A stretch of DNA of 64,000 bases from Syntrophales bacterium (GCA_963665615.2 CAXXQE010000008.1:744001-808000); one strand, 5' to 3'; positions 30,993 to 40,670 are shown, numbered from the stretch's first letter. The notes: a model not told the origin generated them from the sequence alone. Made by a program: numbers and translations.

Positions 30993-31889
30993 ATGAAAAT
31001 TGAAAAATCAGAAATGATAAGGCATGGATTATTCTTGATCGCTGTTTGTGTTGCGGCACTAATGGTATACAGTCCTCTGAACGACCTTTTTCATTCTTCG
31101 TATTACGAGAACTACCATGATCTTATTCCGTTCATTCCTATAATAAGCGCTTATCTGCTCTATTTGAAGCGCGATGAGGTAAAAGAAAAAAAGCGCTATG
31201 CCTTTGGGCAGGGGCTGCCAATCATTGCTGCGGGGTTTGCAATATACCTTGCGGCGAGTTGTCTTGATTCCGGACTGAATGAGAATGATTACGCAACGCT
31301 CATTGTTTTTGCAGCGCTGGTTGTTGTGTGGGGCGCCTTTATGGGCGTGTACGGTCGGCCGGCGTTTTCGACATGCATCTTCTCTCTAGCGTTTCTGATA
31401 TTTACGATGCCATTTCCTATGGCTGTCATGAGTGGGCTGATTGGTTTCCTGCAGCGAGGTTCCACAGAATGCGCTAATTTTCTGCTCTGGATTTCTGGGA
31501 TACCCTATGTCCGGGACGGTTTTGTTTTCCAGTTCCCAGGTTTCAGTGCAGAAGTGGCGCCCCAGTGCAGCGGTATCCGTTCCGGGCTGGCCCTCTTCAT
31601 TACAGCACTTCTGGCGGGTCATCTTTTTTTGAAGACCTGGTGGAAGCAATTGATCCTGCTTTTATGCGTCGTCCCGATGACGATGTTAAAAAACGGCATT
31701 CGTATCGCGACGCTTTCACTGTTGAGCTACTATGTTAATCCTCGCATTCTTGCGAGTCCGCTTCATCGGGAGGGAGGGATTCCATTCTTCATCATTGCGC
31801 TGCTTCTGATGGCGCCGATACTTTTCTTTCTGAGACGTTCAGAAAGAAAAGACGTCACGAGTGACAAGGACAAAGAAGGTCAACAGTAA
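30993..31889 (+). CDS. Exosortase (EpsH/Xrt family)
   Basis: Multi-TM; VAPQCSGIRS (Cys), NGIRI (Arg), LHREGG (His); same locus as prsK/prsR and a PEP-CTERM gene. Confidence 0.9.
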   Translation: MKIEKSEMIRHGLFLIAVCVAALMVYSPLNDLFHSSYYENYHDLIPFIPIISAYLLYLKRDEVKEKKRYAFGQGLPIIAAGFAIYLAASCLDSGLNENDYATLIVFAALVVVWGAFMGVYGRPAFSTCIFSLAFLIFTMPFPMAVMSGLIGFLQRGSTECANFLLWISGIPYVRDGFVFQFPGFSAEVAPQCSGIRSGLALFITALLAGHLFLKTWWKQLILLLCVVPMTMLKNGIRIATLSLLSYYVNPRILASPLHREGGIPFFIIALLLMAPILFFLRRSERKDVTSDKDKEGQQ

Positions 31890-32022
31890 ATAGTAAACAG
31901 TGAATAGTAAATCGTAAGCAGGTAAAAACAGTGACGAGCAGGAAACGTCAGAACCAGTGAACAGTAAAGGGTAAACAGTAAACGGCGGCCGACGGGCGTA
32001 GGAACGGTCACAGGTCACGAGT
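31853..32022. repeat. A-rich 7-bp-period tract overlapping the exosortase 3' end
   Basis: gtcacgagtgacaag ... ggtcaacagtaaatagtaaacagtgaatagtaaatcg ... agtgaacagtaaagggtaaacagtaaacgg. Confidence 0.82.
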
Positions 32023-32078
32023 AAAGAAGGCGATGGCAGAGTTTTCAATAACCTGATCTGTAGGTGACGCAAAACATG

Positions 32079-32121
32079 TTGATATCACTTGTGAAAACAG
32101 ATATATTGGAAACGGTTTTCA
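32079..32121 (+). promoter_or_regulatory. Sigma-70-type promoter of the MNT-HEPN pair with overlapping inverted repeat
   Basis: TTGATA (32079-84), 17 bp, TATATT (32102-07); TGAAAAC (32092-98) / GTTTTCA (32115-21) brackets the -10. Confidence 0.55.
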
Positions 32122-32146
32122 AGATGCCAGGATAGGCTCAAGGCGC

Positions 32147-32548
32147 ATGAAAAAAAAAGAAATACTGAATGCCATTAAAGAGGTTTTGCAGGAGGATCAT
32201 AGGGTTCTCTTTGCCTATCTATATGGTTCTTTTCTTAAGCAAGATGCCCCTAATGATATTGATATTGCAATTTATGCAGACGACGGTGTCATGCCTCACG
32301 CTCTTTCGGCTGATCTTAAGGTTGCCTTGTATCGCAGGACGGGGGGGGCTCCGGATTTATTCGATATTCGTGTGATTAATGATATTTTGGATAAAGGCGA
32401 TCTTCTGACGCTTGTTTTCTTGAGAAATGTTTTTGCGGAAGACGCGTTGCTCGTTGATCGATCGGAAATCACAAGGGCGGATTTTCTTGAGCACTACGGC
32501 ATGAAATACAGGGAATGCGAGGGTCTGATTGCCGAGGTTTTATCATGA
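32147..32548 (+). CDS. Minimal nucleotidyltransferase antitoxin (MntA-like)
   Basis: FAYLYGSF...NDIDIAI (GS...DxD), 133 aa, coupled to HEPN gene. Confidence 0.85.
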   Translation: MKKKEILNAIKEVLQEDHRVLFAYLYGSFLKQDAPNDIDIAIYADDGVMPHALSADLKVALYRRTGGAPDLFDIRVINDILDKGDLLTLVFLRNVFAEDALLVDRSEITRADFLEHYGMKYRECEGLIAEVLS

Positions 32549-32967
32549 GAACAGACAAGACAAGGCTCAAGGGCTACTTGCTCGAAATCAAAAAAAATAG
32601 CGATGAGCTTCAAACGCTTATCAAGCAGAATCAATTAGCCCCCGATTCGATCGCCTTGAAAGCTGCTAAATATCTTCTGATAGAATTGGCAGAAGCCATG
32701 TCCAGTGTCCTTCAGCATTTGCTGGCAAGGGGAAAAGGGAGGGCAGTTTCCGGGTATATCGAGACGGTGGTCAAGGCCAATGAGTTAGGCATCATTACAG
32801 ATGATCTTTTCAGCAAAATGAAACCTTTCTTTGATTTCAGAAACAGTCTGATCCACCGGTACTGGATTATCGACGACAGTCTGTTGATTGAGAATCTCCT
32901 GAAAGGTTGTCGTGATTTTGAACAGTTTGCAGATGAAATTGAAAGTTACGTCGAAAAAGAAGGATAG
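32545..32967 (+). CDS. HEPN/DUF86 RNase toxin (HepT-like)
   Basis: FRNSLIHRY (RxxxxH plus Y); ATGA overlap with mntA-like gene. Confidence 0.85.
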   Translation: MRTDKTRLKGYLLEIKKNSDELQTLIKQNQLAPDSIALKAAKYLLIELAEAMSSVLQHLLARGKGRAVSGYIETVVKANELGIITDDLFSKMKPFFDFRNSLIHRYWIIDDSLLIENLLKGCRDFEQFADEIESYVEKEG

Positions 32968-32974
32968 AATATTA

Positions 32975-33064
32975 AGTAACTAGTGAACGGAAAAAGATGG
33001 TCAACACTCAACAGTAAATAGTAAACAGGAAAAAACAGTGATAAGTCACGAGCTACGAGTGACA
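32975..33064. repeat. A-rich 7-bp-period tract after HEPN gene
   Basis: ggtcaacactcaacagtaaatagtaaacagg ... agtgataagtcacgagctacgagtgacag. Confidence 0.78.
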
Positions 33065-33081
33065 GGGAATAGGGGCAGTAA

Positions 33082-33212
33082 TTGAATTTGTTGGAAACAA
33101 TCAAGTGGCTGGTTGAAAAAAATGAGCCGGTACCAGCCCCTCTTGGTACGAAGAAGTTCAGTTGGTGAGATTCTGCTTCGTCTAGAAAAGTCTTCTTAAA
33201 GCTTATCTTGCA
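33082..33212 (+). pseudogene. Degraded HicB-like antitoxin fragment
   Basis: Removing two single extra T (near 33163 and 33194) gives LLETIKWLVEKNEPVPAPLGTKKFSGEILLRLEKSLKAYLA, resembling the HicB linker/RHH junction; no start or N-terminus. Confidence 0.55.
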
Positions 33213-33361
33213 TCACAACAATCCTGATCTTTTGACTTTTCAATTTAAAATACAGTAAATTGCTCGCGAAATTGCTCGCGGAACAGGGCAATACGGTATC
33301 CCTGCCTGCGCTGGATAATGATAGGTGTATGAACATAATCGGCTCGCAGCCGGATTTATTT

Positions 33362-33392
33362 GCTCGTGACTTGTTACTGTCACTCGTTACTG
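33362..33392. repeat. T-rich 7-bp-period tract before rmlA RBS
   Basis: ctcgtga cttgtta ctgtca ctcgtta ctg. Confidence 0.7.
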
Positions 33393-33408
33393 CTTTTAGG
33401 AGGTTTTC

Positions 33409-34290
33409 ATGAAAGGTTTGATTCTTGCCGGTGGCGCTGGCACCCGACTGTATCCTATAACAAAAGTAGTCAGCAAGCAGCTGTTGCCGGTTTACGACAA
33501 GCCGATGATCTACTATCCCCTCTCGATCCTGCTGCTTTCGGGTATCCGGGAGATCCTGATCATTTCTACTCCAACGGATTTGCCGCTCTATAGGCAGTTA
33601 TTGGGTGACGGTTCGCAGTGGGGGGTGGCTTTCAGCTATGCTGAACAGTCGAGACCGGAAGGGTTGGCACAGGCCTTTATAATCGGTCGTGACTTCATCG
33701 GGTCGGACACCTGCTGCCTTGTGCTGGGGGACAATATTTTTTATGGCCATGATTGGGTCAAGCTTTTGAGGCAGTCAGCGGCGCTTACAAAAGGGGCGAC
33801 TGTTTTTGCATATTGGGTGAAAGATCCGGAACGCTACGGCGTTGTCTCGTTCAATAAGGACGGAAAGGCCGAGAGCATTGAGGAAAAACCGCAGAATCCC
33901 AAATCCAACTGGGCCGTCACCGGGCTCTATTTTTACGACAATCGGGTGGTTAATATCGCCGCCAACCTGAAGCCGTCGAAACGCGGCGAACTGGAAATTA
34001 CGGATGTGAATCGGGCCTATCTTGAAGCGAACGAGCTCACTGTCGAGACGCTCGGACGCGGAATCGCCTGGCTGGATACGGGAACGCACGAGTCACTGGT
34101 ACAGGCCTCCAATTTCATCGAGGCGATTGAAAGCCGACAGGGGTTGAAAGTTGCGTGTTTGGAGGAGATTGCCTGGAGGCTGGGATACATTACGTCCGAG
34201 CAGCTGCTTGCCATGGCACGCCCGATGGCTGCCAACGGCTACGGTCAATACCTCATCAACCTCATGAAGCGGGAACACAGTGACGAGTGA
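33409..34290 (+). CDS. rfbA: Glucose-1-phosphate thymidylyltransferase
   Basis: [48 protein letters not shown]. Confidence 0.96.
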   Translation: MKGLILAGGAGTRLYPITKVVSKQLLPVYDKPMIYYPLSILLLSGIREILIISTPTDLPLYRQLLGDGSQWGVAFSYAEQSRPEGLAQAFIIGRDFIGSDTCCLVLGDNIFYGHDWVKLLRQSAALTKGATVFAYWVKDPERYGVVSFNKDGKAESIEEKPQNPKSNWAVTGLYFYDNRVVNIAANLKPSKRGELEITDVNRAYLEANELTVETLGRGIAWLDTGTHESLVQASNFIEAIESRQGLKVACLEEIAWRLGYITSEQLLAMARPMAANGYGQYLINLMKREHSDE

Positions 34291-34440
34291 CAGGTAACTA
34301 GTGACAAGCAGGAAAGACAGTGAATAGTTAACAGTCTACCAGGAAAAAGTAAGCAGTAAATAGTAAACAGTGAATAGCGGCTGACGCCGCAGTTGCCGGT
34401 TAACGGTGAACAACCGGGACGAGCGGGGGACAGTGAACGG
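34278..34440. repeat. A-rich 7-bp-period tract overlapping rfbA stop, hairpin at 34377-34390
   Basis: cagtgacgagtgacaggtaactagtgacaag ... agtaaatagtaaacagtgaatagcggctgacgccgcag. Confidence 0.82.
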
Positions 34441-34455
34441 GGGAAAACTGATCTC

Positions 34456-35019
34456 ATGACGATAGAAGTGCAAACGACAGCGCTGCCTGGAGTGGTTGTC
34501 CTGAAGCCGAAACAGTACCGTGACCCCCGTGGATACTTCCTGGAGAGTTATCATCAGATAAAGTATCGGGAGCTGGGCATTAACTGTGAGTTTGTGCAGG
34601 ACAACCTGTCATTTTCTCTTTTCGGTGTGTTGCGGGGCCTTCATTATCAGATCCGGCACCAGCAGGCCAAGCTGATCCAATGTGTGAAGGGGCGCGTCTT
34701 TGATGTGGCTGTAGATATCCGTTTAGGATCGCCCACCTTCGCGAAATGTTTCGGAATAGAGCTTTCCGGTAAGAACGGTCTGCAGATGTTTATTCCGAAA
34801 GGCTTTGCGCACGGGTTCTGCGTTCTGAGTGAAGAGGCGATCTTTCATTACAAGTGCAGCGATTTTTACCACCCCGATGACGAAGGCGGCATTCTCTGGT
34901 CTGACCCCGCCCTGGAGATCCAATGGCCGCTGGAAAATCCCATTCTTTCTGAAAAAGACGGATGCTATCGCCGTTTGAATCAGATCCCGGAAACGGAGTT
35001 GCCGGAGTACAACAAATAG
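34456..35019 (+). CDS. rfbC: dTDP-4-dehydrorhamnose 3,5-epimerase
   Basis: DPRGYFLESY, FVQDNLSFS, LRGLHYQ, DVAVDIR, PKGFAHGF; start ATG 34456. Confidence 0.95.
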   Translation: MTIEVQTTALPGVVVLKPKQYRDPRGYFLESYHQIKYRELGINCEFVQDNLSFSLFGVLRGLHYQIRHQQAKLIQCVKGRVFDVAVDIRLGSPTFAKCFGIELSGKNGLQMFIPKGFAHGFCVLSEEAIFHYKCSDFYHPDDEGGILWSDPALEIQWPLENPILSEKDGCYRRLNQIPETELPEYNK

Positions 35020-35360
35020 TAAATAGTTAATAGTAAACAGTAAGCGGTCAACAGTAAAAAGTGCCGACTAAATAGTAAAAAGAAACATCCGGTAACAAAG
35101 CAGCATATTACTTCTCATACACGCCTCAACATTGTTGCGCAATCAATAACCAGAAAACGAACTTATTAACAAGAGCAGCGGACGGTAAATTTGCCGGCGC
35201 GCGTATTACTCGCGCCTTGCCTGTCTGCGTGCGGTCACGCACAGGCAGGACACGGGCTATCGCGTCAGGATGTAACACCTTCCTTGCCGGGAACGTTCAG
35301 CTGCCACCGGTAGGGCGGTTAACCATTCACTGTTAACTGTTCACTATTGACTGTTTACTG
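35012..35360. repeat. 7-bp-period tract pair (A-rich 35012-35075; T-rich 35320-35360) enclosing a palindrome at 35220-35249
   Basis: aaatagtaaatagttaatagtaaacagtaagcggtcaacagt; ccattcactgttaactgttcactattgactgtttactg; cctgtctgcgtg cggt cacgcacaggcagg. Confidence 0.8.
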
Positions 35361-35368
35361 GAGTCACC

Positions 35369-37471
35369 ATGTTTAACATCATCTTATCCTACGCGGCTGC
35401 CATTATGACGTTTGGGATTGCCGTAGTGGCGATTCTGCGCGATCCCCACTCCTTCGTGCACCGTGTCTTTGCAGGGGGAATGCTTGTTTTTGCCGTGGCT
35501 GCTGGCTTTGTCGTCTTTGTCAATGGGGCTCCGACGGTTGAAGCGTTTCTATGGCGGGAGTGGCTGCGCTATATCGTACTCTCATTCGGCCCCGCGTTCT
35601 GGCTCACGTTCAGTCTATGTTTCGCAAGAGCAAATTATCAGGAGCAGCTGGCAAAATGGAAAGTGGCATTGGTTGGCGCGGGGCTGTTGCCGCTACTTAT
35701 AGCTCTTGGGTTCAGGCAGACTTTTTTTGCGTCTCCGGTCGTCGTCGCCGACTCGAAAATACTCTTTATCGGAATCGGCGGCGCCGCTTATATCTGGCAT
35801 CTGATCTGGATTATCTTTGCTGTGATAATACTGATGAATCTGGAAAAAACCTTCCGGCAGGCGACGGGGCATTTGCGCTGGCAGACGAAGTTCATGTTCC
35901 TGGGTGTGGGCTGCGTATTGGGAGTTCGCTTGTTTACGGGCAGCCAGATTCTGATGTATAAGGGTTACGATCCTGCAATCACCATCCTCTTCCCCGGCTC
36001 GCTGCTTCTGTCTGACCTGATCCTGGTGAAAGCGTTTTTCCGCGGTAAGCCGCTTGCGGCCAAAGTCCACTTCTCCCATCAACTGATACAAACTTCTTTT
36101 ACGGCCTTTATTGTTGGAGCGTATTTCTGCGTCGTCGGGCTGATGGCCTGGTTCTCGCTGCATCTCGAGTGGATTACGAATATTCAGATTATCGTTTTTC
36201 TGATTTTTGTGGCCATTCTGGGTGTGGCTGTTCTGCTGCTGTCTGATCGTCTGCGGGTTAAGAGAAAGCGGTTTATCAGCCGCCATTTCAAACGGCCGAT
36301 CTATGATTATCAAAAGATCTGGGAAACCTTCACGCAGCGGACGATTTTAATCACCCAGAGTGCAGGTCTGTGCGAAACGACGGTAAAAATGGTTTCTGAC
36401 ACCCTGGAGATCCTCGCCGTGACAATCTGGTTGATCGATGAAGAACGGGAAACCCTTGTCTTCGGGGCCTCCACTGTGATGACGGAGAATCAGGCCGGAC
36501 AACTCACTCTGTCGGCAGCAAACCGCGTCGAATTGATCGAAGCTGTGACGGATCAGGCGATGCCGATCGATCTGGAGGGGCATGAGGAAGACTGGGCGCT
36601 TGCGCTGAAGCGGTCTTATGCGGGAGAGGGGACGAAAGAGGCGCGCGTCAGGTACTGTGTGCCGCTCAACGCCGGCGAGCATTTGGTTGGCATTATGACA
36701 TTGAGTGAAAAGGTCTTTTACGAATCGCTTTCCTTTGAAGATCTCGATCTCGTTCGCTCTATCGCCGATCAAGCAGCGGCCATGCTGCTCAACATCCGGC
36801 TTTCGGATAAATTGAGGCAGGTGAGGGAATTGGAGGCTTTCCAGGCGATGTCAGCCTTTTTTATTCATGATCTCAAGAATCTGGCCTCCAAGCTGTCCCT
36901 GGTTGCGCAGAACCTGCCACTTCACCTGGATAATCCAGAGTTTCGAAGCGACGCCATAAAGGCCATGGGGCAAAGTGTCGATAAGATCAACGGCATGAGT
37001 TCGCGCCTCACCATGCTCAGTGAAAAACTGATTCTCAAGCTGCGCGACATAGATCTGTCGGAGTTTGTCAGCGCGACGTTGACCGAAATGAACGGGCTCT
37101 TTAGGACGCACGTGAATAAAGATTTACAGGCCGTTTCGGTGCTTCGAATGGATCCGGATGAAATGAAGAAGGTCTTGGAAAACCTGTTGCTCAACGCGAC
37201 GGATGCCACCGGGGGAAGGGGAGACGTCCGGGTTGAGACGTCTTTAAAAGACAAATGGGCTGTAATTGCGGTGATCGATAACGGCTGCGGGATGACGAGG
37301 GAGTTTATCGAACGGGATCTTTTCCGACCGTTCCGGACCACCAAGCCAAAGGGGATGGGGATCGGTCTGTTCCACTGTAAAACGATCGTTGAAGCGCATG
37401 GCGGCAAGATGGAAGTTGAGTCGAAAGAAGGGAAGGGAACGACGTTCAGGGTTTTATTGCCGATAAAATAA
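35369..37471 (+). CDS. prsK: PEP-CTERM system sensor histidine kinase
   Basis: Multi-TM N-terminus, GAF-like region, AFFIHDLKNL (H box), DNGCGM, PFRTTKPKGMGIGLF; locus context. Confidence 0.9.
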   Translation: MFNIILSYAAAIMTFGIAVVAILRDPHSFVHRVFAGGMLVFAVAAGFVVFVNGAPTVEAFLWREWLRYIVLSFGPAFWLTFSLCFARANYQEQLAKWKVALVGAGLLPLLIALGFRQTFFASPVVVADSKILFIGIGGAAYIWHLIWIIFAVIILMNLEKTFRQATGHLRWQTKFMFLGVGCVLGVRLFTGSQILMYKGYDPAITILFPGSLLLSDLILVKAFFRGKPLAAKVHFSHQLIQTSFTAFIVGAYFCVVGLMAWFSLHLEWITNIQIIVFLIFVAILGVAVLLLSDRLRVKRKRFISRHFKRPIYDYQKIWETFTQRTILITQSAGLCETTVKMVSDTLEILAVTIWLIDEERETLVFGASTVMTENQAGQLTLSAANRVELIEAVTDQAMPIDLEGHEEDWALALKRSYAGEGTKEARVRYCVPLNAGEHLVGIMTLSEKVFYESLSFEDLDLVRSIADQAAAMLLNIRLSDKLRQVRELEAFQAMSAFFIHDLKNLASKLSLVAQNLPLHLDNPEFRSDAIKAMGQSVDKINGMSSRLTMLSEKLILKLRDIDLSEFVSATLTEMNGLFRTHVNKDLQAVSVLRMDPDEMKKVLENLLLNATDATGGRGDVRVETSLKDKWAVIAVIDNGCGMTREFIERDLFRPFRTTKPKGMGIGLFHCKTIVEAHGGKMEVESKEGKGTTFRVLLPIK

Positions 37472-37551
37472 AGTAAGCAGTGAACAGTAAATAGCGGCTG
37501 GCGCCTCGGTCAACAGTAAATAGAAAACAGTCAACAGAGAACAGTGAATAG
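37472..37551. repeat. A-rich 7-bp-period tract, left flank of four-helix-bundle gene
   Basis: agtaagcagtgaacagtaaata gcggctggcgcctc ggtcaacagtaaatagaaaacagtcaacagagaacagtgaatag. Confidence 0.82.
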
Positions 37552-37602
37552 GGAATAGGAAAAGAAGGATCGCCTTTTCAATTTCTAAGGGGGGAGGCAA
37601 CA

Positions 37603-37959
37603 TTGAGGCCGCATCATGAGTTGCAGGTCTGGAAGTGCTCAATCGACTTGGTAAAACAGATTTACGAGGTTACAGGTCGATTTCCTGTAGAAGAAAAGTT
37701 CGGGCTGGTCTCGCAAATGCGGCGGGCGGCCATATCCGTGCCAAGCAACATAGCCGAAGGTGCAGGGCGCAATAATAAGACTGAATTTAATCAGTTTTTA
37801 GGTATTGCCCAGGGCAGTTGTGCTGAATTGGAAACGCAAATTGTCATTTCAAAAGAGCTCGAATTTCTAGCGGAGCATCAAGCCGTGGAATTGATCGGGC
37901 AGTTGGATCTGATTTCCAGAATGATTATTGGGCTGCGGAAAAAGGTAAACAGTAAATAA
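37603..37959 (+). CDS. Four-helix-bundle protein (23S rRNA IVP / Avd-like family)
   Basis: LQVWK..IDL...IY..T..FP.EEKFGLVSQMRRAAISVPSNIAEG..R...EF..FL.IA.GS..ELETQ; GGGAGG RBS, TTG start. Confidence 0.92.
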   Translation: MRPHHELQVWKCSIDLVKQIYEVTGRFPVEEKFGLVSQMRRAAISVPSNIAEGAGRNNKTEFNQFLGIAQGSCAELETQIVISKELEFLAEHQAVELIGQLDLISRMIIGLRKKVNSK

Positions 37960-38077
37960 GCGGCCGCCGCCGCGGTAAACCGTCAACAGTGAATAGTTAA
38001 CTGAAAAATGGGAAATGCTAATCGGGAAAAGCCGAGAAGTGTATCTGCTGTTCACTATTTACTGTTTACTGTTCACT
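37945..38077. repeat. 7-bp-period tract pair, right flank of four-helix-bundle gene
   Basis: gtaaacagtaaataa gcggccgccgccgc ggtaaaccgtcaacagtgaatagttaactg; then ctgttcactatttactgtttactgttcactg before prsR. Confidence 0.82.
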
Positions 38078-38093
38078 GAAACGAGGTTTCGAG

Positions 38094-39482
38094 ATGGAAA
38101 AACAAAAACTACTGATCGTTGATGATGATGAAGATCTGCGCACGCAGATGAAATGGGCGCTAACCCAGGATTACGAGGTCGTTCTGGCGCAGGATCGGCA
38201 AAGCGCGATAGAGGCGGTTCGGAGGGAACAGCCTGCGGTCGTGACACTCGATTTAGGCTTGCCTCCCAACCCCGCAGGGGTGGATGAAGGCTTTGCCGTG
38301 CTCGATGAGATTTTGGGTGAAAACCCGATGACCAAGGTCATCATTATCACCGGGCGAGGGGAAAAGGAATACGCCTTGCGCGCAGTGGAAAAGGGGGCCT
38401 ACGATTTCTTCTATAAGCCGATTCAGATTGACGAACTGAAGGTCGTGTTGAAACGGGCCTTTTATGTATCGGGTCTCGAGCGGGAACAGAAAGCTGCCGC
38501 CCGCGAGACAAAGGGCAATGCCTTTGAGGGGATGTTGGGCATGTGCCAGCGGATGCAGGATGTTTTCGCCACGATCAGGAAAGTATCCACCTCAGATGCC
38601 TCTGTTCTGATCACCGGAGACAGCGGGACGGGCAAGGAGTTGGTGGCACGCGCCATTCACAATCTCAGCTATCGGACCAAGGGACCTTTTATTGTCATCA
38701 ATTGCGGCGCCATTCCCGAAAATCTTTTAGAGAGTGAATTGTTCGGCCACGAAAAAGGGGCGTTCACCGGGGCGCATGTACAACGGAAAGGGCGCATTGA
38801 GTTTGCTCATGGCGGTACCTTGTTTCTGGATGAAATCGGCGAACTGCCCCTCCCGCTTCAGGTCAAGATGCTGCGTTTTCTTCAGGAGCAAGTGCTGGAG
38901 CGTATCGGCGGCCGTGAGCGTATTCCGGTCGATGTCCGAGTTCTGGCGGCTACTAATCGGGATTTGAAAGAGGCGATCCGGGAAGGCATCTTCCGCGAAG
39001 ACCTCTATTTCCGCCTTGCCGTCATTAATGTAACCCTGCCGCCTCTTCGAGAGCGCGAAGGGGATGCGCTTCTCCTGGCCAAGGCCTTTCTGGATCGATG
39101 TGCCGCTGAAAGCCGTAAGCGGATTACGGGATTTACCCCTCAAGCCACTTATGCGATTGAACATTATGAATGGCCAGGCAATGTGCGTGAGCTTGAAAAC
39201 CGGATCAAACGCTCCGTCATCATGGCGGATGGGAAAAAGATTCGTCCCGAGGATCTCGAGATCAATTTCAATACGGATCAAGGGCAGGGGGCTCTGAGCC
39301 TGAAAGCGGCCAGGGAAAACCTGGACAAGATCATGATTCAAAAAGCCCTGACGGTTTGCCAGGGCAATCTCTCCAAGGCGGCCAAGGAACTTGGAGTTAG
39401 TCGGCCGACACTTTACGATCTGATGGAAAAAGCCGGCATCAGTTCAGGTGCAAATGGCGTAAATCACGAAGAGCGCTCTTAG
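38094..39482 (+). CDS. prsR: PEP-CTERM system sigma-54-dependent response regulator
   Basis: Receiver VTLDLGLPP, GDSGTGKE, GAFTGA, LFLDEIG, WPGNVRELEN, C-terminal HTH LGVSRPTLYDLM. Confidence 0.92.
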   Translation: MEKQKLLIVDDDEDLRTQMKWALTQDYEVVLAQDRQSAIEAVRREQPAVVTLDLGLPPNPAGVDEGFAVLDEILGENPMTKVIIITGRGEKEYALRAVEKGAYDFFYKPIQIDELKVVLKRAFYVSGLEREQKAAARETKGNAFEGMLGMCQRMQDVFATIRKVSTSDASVLITGDSGTGKELVARAIHNLSYRTKGPFIVINCGAIPENLLESELFGHEKGAFTGAHVQRKGRIEFAHGGTLFLDEIGELPLPLQVKMLRFLQEQVLERIGGRERIPVDVRVLAATNRDLKEAIREGIFREDLYFRLAVINVTLPPLREREGDALLLAKAFLDRCAAESRKRITGFTPQATYAIEHYEWPGNVRELENRIKRSVIMADGKKIRPEDLEINFNTDQGQGALSLKAARENLDKIMIQKALTVCQGNLSKAAKELGVSRPTLYDLMEKAGISSGANGVNHEERS

Positions 39483-39571
39483 GAAATTGATTTAACTATA
39501 GTTTATATCCATTTTGGGAAGCGAAGAGCCCGCCAGCGATTTTTTGTCGGGCTCTTCTTACATAAAAGAGT

Positions 39572-39702
39572 TGTTAAGTCCTTTTACAGAATCCGTCTTT
39601 GTAAGGGTTATTAACTCAACATTTTGTTTTATATGCTTTTTATTAAATTGATGGCACTTCCTGGGGTGGATTTGAGGCGTGGATATGTCGATCAAGTTTA
39701 CA
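39572..39702. promoter_or_regulatory. Two candidate enhancer sites TGT-N11-ACA (39572-39588, 39686-39702)
   Basis: tgttaagtccttttaca and tgtcgatcaagtttaca upstream of the sigma-54 motif. Confidence 0.55.
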
Positions 39703-39809
39703 GTTTTGAGAGGCGTTTTTTCGAGGCTATCCGAAACGAAAGGATGGATATGCATTTATCTCTTTAATTATATTTGAGTTTTTTACTTGTCAGTGGAGCC
39801 CAGCTCATG

Positions 39810-39825
39810 CGGCATGACTTGTGCA
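39810..39825 (+). promoter_or_regulatory. Sigma-54 (-24/-12) promoter of PEP-CTERM gene
   Basis: cGGcatgacttgtGCa: GG 39811-12, N10, GC 39823-24. Confidence 0.65.
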
Positions 39826-39905
39826 CTATACAAAAGCATACCGTAATGCACTTAAGAATTTTATTTAGACTATTCATAAATAATGCGACAAGAAGGAGAG
39901 GGACA

Positions 39906-40613
39906 ATGAAAAAGTTACTGAATGGAGCATTGGTAGCATTGGCAGTCGTTTTGATGCTGGCGAGTGTTGCGATGGCAGATTCGATCGCAACGGGCGACAA
40001 AATTTATTTGACGGATGGACTTGGAGATAACGGTGGCGGAATTTTCAATGTGTTTGAATTTGGCAAACCTGCCCAAGCGTCCTTTGAGACCTTTTGTCTG
40101 GAGTTGAATGAAGAAATTATACCAACTGTCAATATGAACTTCAAACACGTATACGATGTAACGATCGATACGGTAGCGATTAAGGGTGGTGTCGGTGGTG
40201 GTAACCCCGATCCGCTGGATGCAAGAACCGCTTTTCTGTATTACAAGTTCAGAACGAATAGCCTGCTTGGGTTTACCGGCAGTGAGGCTGATGTGAATTC
40301 TTTGCAACTGGCGATGTGGTTTATTGAGCAGGAGCTGCCAAGCAATGTAAAGTCTCCTTATTATAAATACACGTTGTTATATATGAATGATCTAAAGGCT
40401 GCAACGTATGTTGCCCTGGCGGAAGCCGCCATTGCAAACGGGGAATGGAGTGGTCTTGGTCATGTTCGCGTAATGAATTTGAACTCTTACAAAGATGATA
40501 AACTCGTTTACAATCAGAGTCTCCTGACATTGGTTCCTGAGCCCGGCATCCTGATGCTGATCGGCTTCGGTCTGATCGGACTCGGCGCAGTCAGAAGAAA
40601 GTTCAGCAAGTAA
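39906..40613 (+). CDS. PEP-CTERM sorting-domain surface protein
   Basis: Signal peptide MKKLL...AMA after AAGGAG; FETFCLE; C-terminus VPEPGILMLIGFGLIGLGAVRRKFSK. Confidence 0.95.
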   Translation: MKKLLNGALVALAVVLMLASVAMADSIATGDKIYLTDGLGDNGGGIFNVFEFGKPAQASFETFCLELNEEIIPTVNMNFKHVYDVTIDTVAIKGGVGGGNPDPLDARTAFLYYKFRTNSLLGFTGSEADVNSLQLAMWFIEQELPSNVKSPYYKYTLLYMNDLKAATYVALAEAAIANGEWSGLGHVRVMNLNSYKDDKLVYNQSLLTLVPEPGILMLIGFGLIGLGAVRRKFSK

Positions 40614-40670
40614 GTAAAAAAAACAGTTACAAGTGACGAGTCACAAGTAACAAGTTAAAACAGTAACAAG
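40611..40670. repeat. A-rich 7-bp-period tract after PEP-CTERM stop
   Basis: ttacaag tgacgag tcacaag taacaag. Confidence 0.75.

Noticed and set aside
37603..37959. Diversity-generating retroelement or rRNA intervening sequence
   Set aside because: No reverse transcriptase, no template/variable repeat pair and no rRNA sequence seen
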